Source of the DNA: Octopus sinensis
Lineage: Eukaryota
Direction of reading: 5' to 3'
Length of the DNA stretch: 30,203 bases
Assembly (NCBI RefSeq): GCF_006345805.1
Contig: NW_021832654.1
Span: forward strand, 1 to 30,203
Both the position numbers and the translations under genes were made by a program. Below the pieces are notes generated by a model. That model made no database searches, was not told the DNA's origin, and was given only the letters and a program-made list of their open reading frames with translations. Within the stretch, counting starts at the first letter, position 1; every line of letters begins with the position of its first letter. Shown piece after piece: positions 22,851 to 30,203 of this stretch.

Positions 22851-23584
22851 AATGACAACGACACCATTTTCACAGCCACCCTCATTCTCCACACCACTTT
22901 CAAAAGCACTCCCGCTTCCATTCCCAGCCCTTACATTCATCATCAACTCTGCCTCTTCCCCCTCCGCCTCCTCCTCAATTTCTTCCTCCAATAGAGCCAC
23001 CATTAACAATATCAAGCAATATTTTAATCCTCATTTATATTTACCATTGCTTTTGTTATTTATGCCGTTGTTTTGCGAGAAAAAAAAAACTATGAGGGTA
23101 TTATTTTCTAAGTCTTTACTTTTAGCGGTCCACTATGTTTGTGATTGTGTGTGTGTTTGTGTGTGTGTATTGTTGCAACCGGCGGCACCTATAACGGGTA
23201 ATTAGAGCCTCAATTGTTTTCTTGTTTAGTTTAGAGAAATAAATAAATAACGAAATAAATAAGCATGTAACCTGTCCAAATCTACATTCGCTTCCACAAA
23301 AGGCGGCGCATATGTGTGGATTTAAATACCATGCGTGAAAGCTTAACGCGCGTGCGTGTATGTGTGTGTGAGTATGCGCATATATATATATGTATACATG
23401 CACCCATACACACATACGTACATACATACATACATACGCACATACATACATACATACATACATACATACATACATACATACATACATACATACATACATA
23501 CGTACATATATAATATTATTATTCTTTCTTACGAAATATATAGAACTGCTTAAGAAGTGCTCGGGTCGAACCCGAGACAAAATA

Positions 23585-24215
23585 TAAGAATTAAGATATA
23601 AACTCAAATTAGGCAATTAACCTTCTATACATACTTATACAGTGATAAATTCGACTTAAAATGGGTATAAATATATATATTAATACATATTGACATATAC
23701 TCTACTCTCTTTACTCTTTTACTTGCTTCAGTCATTTGACTGCGGCCATGCTGGAGCACCGCCTTTAGTCGAGCAAATCGACCCCGGGACTTATTCTTTG
23801 TAAGCCCAGTACTTATTCTATCGGTCTCTTTTGCCGAACCGCTAAGTGACGGGGACGTAAACACACCAGCATCGGTTGTCAAGCAATGCTAGGGGGACAA
23901 ACACAGACACACATACATATATATATACACATATACGACAGGCTTCTTTCAGTTTCCGTCTACCAAATCCACTCACGAGGCATTGGTCGGCCCGGGGCTA
24001 TAGCAGAAAACACTTGCCCAAGATGCCACGCAGTGGGACTGAACTCGGAACCATGTGGCTGATGATTATTTTTTTTTAATATTTTTTTAAATATTCATAT
24101 ATGTCGATATTTATTAATATATATATTCATACGCATTTTAAGTCGAATTTATGTATGAGTATGAGTATGTATAGAAGGTTGATTGCCTAATTTGAGTTTG
24201 TATTTTAATTCTTAC
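23585..24215. repeat. Inverted repeat with arms of about 115 bp (23585-23699, 24098-24215) enclosing the SINE
   Basis: AAGAATTAA.ATA.AAACTCAAATTAGGCAAT.AACCTTCTATACATAC...ATAAATTCGACTTAAAATG.GTAT.AATATATATATTAATA occurs on both strands. Confidence 0.9.
23700..24060 (-). mobile_element. CORE-like SINE, head truncated, complete 3' tail
   Basis: Homologous to 8470-8811; minus-strand tail ends GAAGCAAGTAAAAGAGTAAAGAGAGTAG. Confidence 0.9.
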
Positions 24216-24275
24216 ATATATATGTATGTGCTGTATGTGAGTGTGGTTGTATGTGTGAGTGCCTATATATATATA

Positions 24276-25112
24276 TTAGCAGTATTGCCCGGCTTGTGCG
24301 CTCGTGCGTTCTATGCACGCGCGAATTAAGCTAAACTTGGATGAAGTTCAATCAAAATACAATTATTTTGGTTTTAAAATCAAGCATTTAATGCCCTCTA
24401 TTTTTGCGCTTATGTATTCCATTTCCTCAATAGGAAGTACGTAGAAGCGTTTCATAAATTTTTGTTGATCAAATAATTGCATTGTTGAATTATTCTTTTA
24501 GATCAGTATTTCTCAACGGGGTTTTCAGGGGAATATTTCAAGGAGTCGCTGGCGATGTATCGTGATGATCAAAAATCCGGCCTGCTAAAATTTGGTTAAA
24601 GTGATTCAAACTGCAGACTCAACGCAAAATGGTCACATTATTTAATCAAGCGTTAAAATTTTATGAAAACAATTGGTATGTGTTCACAAAGTCCAAACGA
24701 TTAATACGAAAAAACCCACCAGGCTACAGCCCGAAAATTCATTTCTTTGCCGAATTTCTACAATGTTCACGGCGATGTTTACGTTTTTATATCTTGATTT
24801 TTTATTTTTCATGCAATTTACACATGCTTGCACGCGTGGTGAGCACAGTTCACGTCAAACAGCTGACTGAGTAAAGTTCACTATTCAATGCATGGGATAA
24901 GGCCTAAATAAACACATTATCGATTTTTGCACTTGCGAGATGAATTTCGGAACAGAAATAGCGCAGTTCAATTTTCATTTGCCTAAACATTAAGCGACCC
25001 ATTTTTGGTGGTTCTACGATTTGTTGGCTAGGAGATGTGCCGGGAAGTTAAACACACAGACACACACACAGATACACACACAGACACACAAGTTGAGTTT
25101 TATATATATAGA
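24276..25112 (-). mobile_element. Non-autonomous Helitron
   Basis: Minus strand A|TCTATATATATAAAA...GCCGGGCAATACTGCTAA|T: 5'-TC, 3'-CTRR, AT target inside (TA)n; subterminal hairpin is imperfect. Confidence 0.75.
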
Positions 25113-25177
25113 TATATATATATTTCGTTTTTGGATTTGGTTTGCAAGATTCTTTATATGAGTTCGTGTGTTGAAGC

Positions 25178-25364
25178 ATATTCTGTTGTGTCTAGAGAGA
25201 GTCATTCTCTTTTAGTGCCTTATTATTTAACACACTCACCGGTAAAATTTCCACTTATTTCTAATTTTTTTATTTTCTAAAATTTTCGTTGCGTCTTGCA
25301 ACCTTTTCAATAGTCTTAAATAATAAGGCACTAAAAGAGAATGACTCTCCCCAGACACAACAGA

Positions 25365-25368
<4 letters not shown>
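25178..25368. mobile_element. MITE-like/foldback remnant with 53-bp inverted repeats
   Basis: 25178-25230 and 25316-25368 are reverse complements with 2 mismatches. Confidence 0.82.
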
Positions 25369-25403
<35 letters not shown>

Positions 25404-25406
<3 letters not shown>

Positions 25407-26270
25407 TTATATATATGAAACTGAGAATGTGTGTCTGTCTGTCTGTCTGTCTGTGTGTTTCCCTAAAACTTGAGAACTACACAACCAATTTCATTCAAAT
25501 TTTACACATGTCTTACTTAGGGTCCGGGGAGTGTCATCGGCAATACTTTTTGCCTAAGGCGAGCCCACAGCAATATCATATCTTCTCCACTACGATTCCC
25601 TAAAACTTGAGAACTACACAACCAATTTCATTCAAATTTTGCACATGCTTTACTTAGGGTCCATGTAGTTTCATGGACCCTAAAATGTTCAACTTCTTGC
25701 CTAGAGCGAGCCCATAGCAATATCATATCTTCTCCACTATTTCAGTATTACGTGTTAAAAGTGAAACAAAAATATTTCTCTATTTTACGTCAGATGCTTT
25801 TACTTTAACAATAAAAATAATAATAACAATTGAATTATATGTAGTAAGTAATAATTAAAATCAAACTAAAGTATAATATAATCATAACATACAAAAGTAA
25901 AAATAGCAATTGGTATAAAATTGCATCAATGATTTGAACTTGAATAAGTGGTTTCACATGAATGGGAATAAATTTAAAATATAATTAGCGTGCAGAAATG
26001 GAATAGTCCAGATGGATAATAAAAAAGTAAATTAAAGAAAAAACTATTGTCTATAAAGTATACAATGTAGAGAAAAAGAAGAGCTAACAATTCCAGTCTG
26101 TTATATATTTTCAGTATTGTTATCACTAGCGATATCAAGATATAACTTTGTATTTTGCATTTTATGTGTAGATGTATATATATAGATGTACATGTAATAT
26201 GTACACATATATATACACATATATACATGTACTAGCACTATGACCTGGCAACGACGGGTCTTTAATGCCA

Positions 26271-26271
<1 letters not shown>
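25404..26271 (+). mobile_element. Non-autonomous Helitron with a 137-bp internal tandem duplication
   Basis: A|TCTTTATATATATGAAA, (GTCT)n, duplicated units 25461-25597 and 25598-25740, 3' GACCTGGCAACGACGGGTC hairpin then CCAG|T. Confidence 0.72.
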
Positions 26272-26308
<37 letters not shown>

Positions 26309-26994
26309 CTTACTTGGAAAAGAATGCGCGGCGTTCGATCATATAATAATATAAATAATATATAAATATATACATACATATATGTACATACCTACATATA
26401 TATGTATATATGCATGCATATATGGATATAGGACGTCACAAAAACGTTGAACATAATGAGAAACGAAAACACATGCAACATAAAGAATATTCCTCTTCAT
26501 CAGTTGTCCCCGTTTCATCTACTCCGCGTTTTGAAGGTAAGGACAATACGCGACTTCGTTGAAACAATACTTCCCGCAAAGCAAATTAAATAAAATTTGG
26601 GATTTTTTGCGGAGGGTGAAAGTGGTAGCAAAACAGGACAGTGAGAACAAAACAGTAAAAACAAACGGTGAGTTCTGTTAAGCCAAGATGATAGAAAAAT
26701 TATTATGAACGCTGGGAAGACGAGCTATGAGAGGAGACATGTATAAGCATGTCTTGTCTTTAAGAAGGAAATGGACAGAAAGATAGATTCTCTTTCGTCA
26801 CGTGTCAGCGACGAGAGAGTCAAGGAGGAAGAGTGAGAGAGAGGGAACGGTGAAGAGTACGTTTGTATACATTTATGTATGTGTGTGTGTTTGTGAGAGA
26901 GTGTATGAGTGAGTCAAGGGGTGCGTTGTCATGTATATGTACATGCATAAATACATATGCATACATCTTTTTTGTATGTATGTATGTGTGTGTA

Positions 26995-27539
26995 GCAGAA
27001 TGCTACTACTTACGCCTCCTTTCGCATGAAGTTCGTGGTCCCAAATCATTCAAAGATTCGAGGAGGGAGGATGGCCATGTGTGTGAAATTTATAGGGAAG
27101 TTTGCTATCAACAAGGTCTTTTTTAGAAAATGATGAGAATTGGGACCTTGCATTGACTGAAGCATCAGTATCAGATTCTCCAAGGAAACTCTAACCATTT
27201 TGCAATAATATTGGAACATGTATCAACTCGGCAGTCTCCTACAGCTTTGGATGAAACATCATGACGACATGGCTGAGGACTTAAAGTATGCAGTTCAACA
27301 GGCAAACCCAGATATCAATATTTACTTCTCTGAAACAATTTTTAACTAAGCACTGATTGAAACTGAGGATCAAATTTTGGCCATGGAAGGCAAAAATTTT
27401 CAAGAGTTTGGCTCTAGACTGCCGAAAACAAACCATCAAATTAGTGATTTAACTTCAAGAGACATAGCAAGAGAGACAAATTATGATATTACAGACTTGG
27501 TGAATGAACATGAACCTAAAGTTCCTCCAGAACAACGCT
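26995..27539 (+). pseudogene. Helitron RepHel internal fragment (between Rep and PIF1 helicase domains)
   Basis: ECYYLRLLSHEVRGPKSFKD..DGHVCEIYREVC..GL/LENDENWDLALTEA..SPRKL..LWMKHHDDMAED..ALIETEDQILAMEGK..RETNYD..EPKVPPEQR matches the RepHel segment just before helicase motif I; frameshifts and stops. Confidence 0.85.
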
Positions 27540-27681
27540 GTACATTTGTTTACGTTTATGTATGTGTGTGTGTTTGTGTGAGGTGTGTCAAGGGGTGTGT
27601 TGTCATGTATACGTACATACATAAATACATATGCATACATCTTTTTTGTATGTATGTGTGCGTGTGTGTGTATGTTTGGCA

Positions 27682-27684
<3 letters not shown>

Positions 27685-27720
<36 letters not shown>

Positions 27721-27894
27721 ATACATACAGACGCGCATACATACATACATACATACATACATACATACATACATACGTACGTACGTACATACATGTCTAT
27801 GTATGTATGTATGTATGTATGTGTGTGTGTCTGTCTTCGTCTCCCAACATCGCTTGAGAACCGATGCGTGTGTAGGTGTTTTACGTCCCCGAAT

Positions 27895-27945
<51 letters not shown>

Positions 27946-28058
27946 ATTATATATATATATATATATATGTATATGTATATATATATATATTTATATATTA
28001 TACATTTATATATTTATATATATATACATTATATATATATACATTTATATAGATATAA

Positions 28059-28104
<46 letters not shown>

Positions 28105-28125
28105 ATATATCTATATATATATATA
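27685..28125. repeat. (CT)n, (CATA)n/(TATG)n and (TA)n arrays with a small CORE-like SINE fragment (about 27830-27890, +)
   Basis: Direct reading; CCCAACATCGCTTGAGAACCGATGC..TTTACGTCCCC matches the SINE family at 8490-8535. Confidence 0.88.
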
Positions 28126-28529
28126 TCGCGCTTTTTCTCTCATTCAGATGGAAGGAATGCAGAAAAACACATGCACAACCAAACAAAAAACAAGGTTTAA
28201 TGCTTCCTTCCTCAAAGCTTCCTGGGTGTTTGTGTAAAGCTCCACATTTTATAATATTTTCTTAATGTAATTACTGTTCCAACGAATTTTCCTTTTAATC
28301 TTACTCAATTATCTCATCCCTAATATTTATCACTAGACTTTCTTTTGTAGTGAAGAATGTAGAATGTGAAGGAGGGGGGTCTTGCTTTTTACTTTTTTAT
28401 TCCATATTTTTATCAACACCCCATTCTGTACGCGATCTGTCACACAGTATACGCTCATACTCATAAATCAATGTGTGTGCGTTTGTATATGTGTATGTGT
28501 CTGAATGGTACGCGCGAGGGTGTCTGTGT

Positions 28530-28560
28530 ATGTATGTATACTCATATGTATGTATGTGTT

Positions 28561-28597
<37 letters not shown>

Positions 28598-28632
28598 ATG
28601 TATATATATATATATGTGCGTGTGTGTGTATG

Positions 28633-28704
<72 letters not shown>

Positions 28705-28812
28705 GTATATGTATGTATATATAGATATGTATATGTGTAAATGTATATATATATATGTGTGTGTGTGTTTGTATATATATATAAATGCGTGCACGTGTGT
28801 GTGCGCGCGCGC
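28530..28812. repeat. (TA)/(TG) compound microsatellite
   Basis: Direct reading. Confidence 0.93.
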
Positions 28813-28817
28813 ATGTG

Positions 28818-30187
28818 TTGGGCTCTCCAAAAAACTCGATTTTATAAGCGAAAATAAGATAAGTTTTGAACACAAAGTGGCTTATTCTATCACTGATATT
28901 ATTACTGTCTCGTTCCAGTTTCTTCTGCCATCTTGTAAACAGATCTATTATTCCCTGCTCAAAGAATTTCGTATCGTTACCGACGAAAAACACTCCCAGG
29001 CGAATTTTGACATCCGCTTCAAAGATCCATGAAGTGACTGAAACACGTGAAAATATGAAAGCGCAAGGTCGGGCAAATATGGAGTGGCAAACTTCCCAAC
29101 CAAACCCCAGTAACTTCTGCCACATCTACAAAGAAATGTGCGGTTTGGCACTGTCGTAGCAAATGCTAGACGTTTCGGTTGGATCGCACACATCCTAATT
29201 GATGGTCCTGTTCGTGGGAAAAAGCTCATAAAAGACAATACCTTTCCAATCCCATCAAATTGAAAGCATAACCTTTTCGAATGAATTCCTTTTTTGTTCC
29301 CTGTCACCATTCTCATAAAAAAGGATCGTTTTCTTCATGCTTCTGTAATGCAACACAGATGGTAATCCTTTTGGCGAGGTTAGCCTCATTTACTTGATAT
29401 GGGACCCAAACATTCGTGTATACTGATGCAAATGGTTTTCAATAATGGTTATAGATATTTGAGAATATCTTCGATCATCCTTGTCATATAGTGGGGGTTG
29501 GCTGGCGAGCAAAATTTTTCCCACGAGAGTTCCGGACCCCAGTAATGAACTCATTTGCATACAGCCAATCAGTACAGAACTATCAAACTAATTTATGAGC
29601 GCATAAGTGATGGGCGATAAGATAAGGTCACTTGGGTAAGGAATGACCATGCTTCTTTTCTCTTTTAGTAATGCTTGTTCTTGTTCTTGGTTCAACGATG
29701 GTTGCCTCTACGTAGTTATTTGTGCTAGCATATCACCCCAACCCACATTTTTCCCATCCACATCTTTACCATATGGGGTCCTAACAAAATTCGATAATAG
29801 GTATAGATGCAAATCTATCTAATTACTTGTCTCCTAAAATCGAGCAAAACTTGGCGATCGATCGACTTACAACACCGTTCATGAATGCCAACCTTTGTTA
29901 ACTTGACAGCAAGGTCAAGGTAAGCTCTGATTGGCTGTTTGCAAATGAGTTCGTTACTGAGATCCGGAATCTCGTGGAAAAAAATTTCGCGGCCGACCAG
30001 AGAGAAGTGCACCAAGAACCGAAATATTTCACGATCAAAATCTTGAAAACAGCTTCTGGCACTAACGTTCCAAAACAGTATCAATTCCGTACACAGCACA
30101 TATCTTCCTACAGGCTCGGCCGCATTCTTATCTTATTTTTAAATAAAAAGGTAATATTCGTTGGTAATATTCGTGTTGGCTCTCCAT
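28818..30187 (-). pseudogene. Decayed mariner (DD34D) transposase, interrupted at about 29498-29990; 5' TIR lies beyond the window
   Basis: Minus strand MESQHEYYQRILPFY..KNAAE..KICAVYG..CQKLFSRF..SGRP (30187-29991); IIENHLHQ..VWVPYQV (WVPHEL)..NDPF.MRMVTGNKK; QKLLGFGWEV..PYLPDLALSYFHVFQSL (YSPDL)..KFFEQGI..RWQK; TIR-like TTGGGCTCTCCAAAAAACTCG at 28818. Confidence 0.88.
29505..29990. mobile_element. Inverted-repeat element inserted in the mariner
   Basis: Arms of about 65 bp (29507-29572, 29927-29990): AAATTTTT.CCACGAGA.TTCCGGA.C.CAGTAA.GAACTCATTTGCA.ACAGCCAATCAG. Exact ends and TSD not resolved. Confidence 0.7.
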
Positions 30188-30203
30188 TTACAGGGTAATG
30201 CCA

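Noticed and set aside
26400-26830. Possible Penelope-like terminal repeat
   Set aside because: Only a vague CTGATGAAG-type motif on the minus strand, single copy in the window, no coding evidence.
1-30203. CRISPR arrays, operons or other prokaryotic systems
   Set aside because: No repeat-spacer array or dense coding; the window is eukaryotic repeat-rich DNA.

Overview
AT-rich eukaryotic DNA dense in microsatellites and transposon remnants. The SINE families and repeat spectrum point to an octopus or other coleoid cephalopod (inference, not verified). Only one intact protein-coding gene is supported: an intronless NHLH1/2 (HEN/NSCL, Drosophila HLH4C)-type neural bHLH at 4891-5364 (+). Almost all other ORFs in the track are microsatellite translations or transposon fragments. 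Recognisable elements: at least four tRNA-headed SINE families, three or four 5'-truncated R4/Dong-like LINE 3' ends in (TAA)n arrays, two L1/Tx1-like LINE remnants, a TA-flanked MITE, two non-autonomous Helitrons, a DINE-1/Helentron-like element, a Helitron RepHel fragment, and a decayed mariner split by an inverted-repeat element. The most interesting signal is an apparent local retroelement system. A Tx1-like LINE sits in a SINE head between 22-bp target-site duplicates. That LINE, a second Tx1 remnant and two different SINE tails all end in the same short 5-nt-loop hairpin with different stems. A SINE dimer with a fixed junction has moved as one unit. (ATT)n tails of minus-strand elements abut the TAA arrays used by R4/Dong elements. 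All alignments were done by eye; family names need database confirmation.
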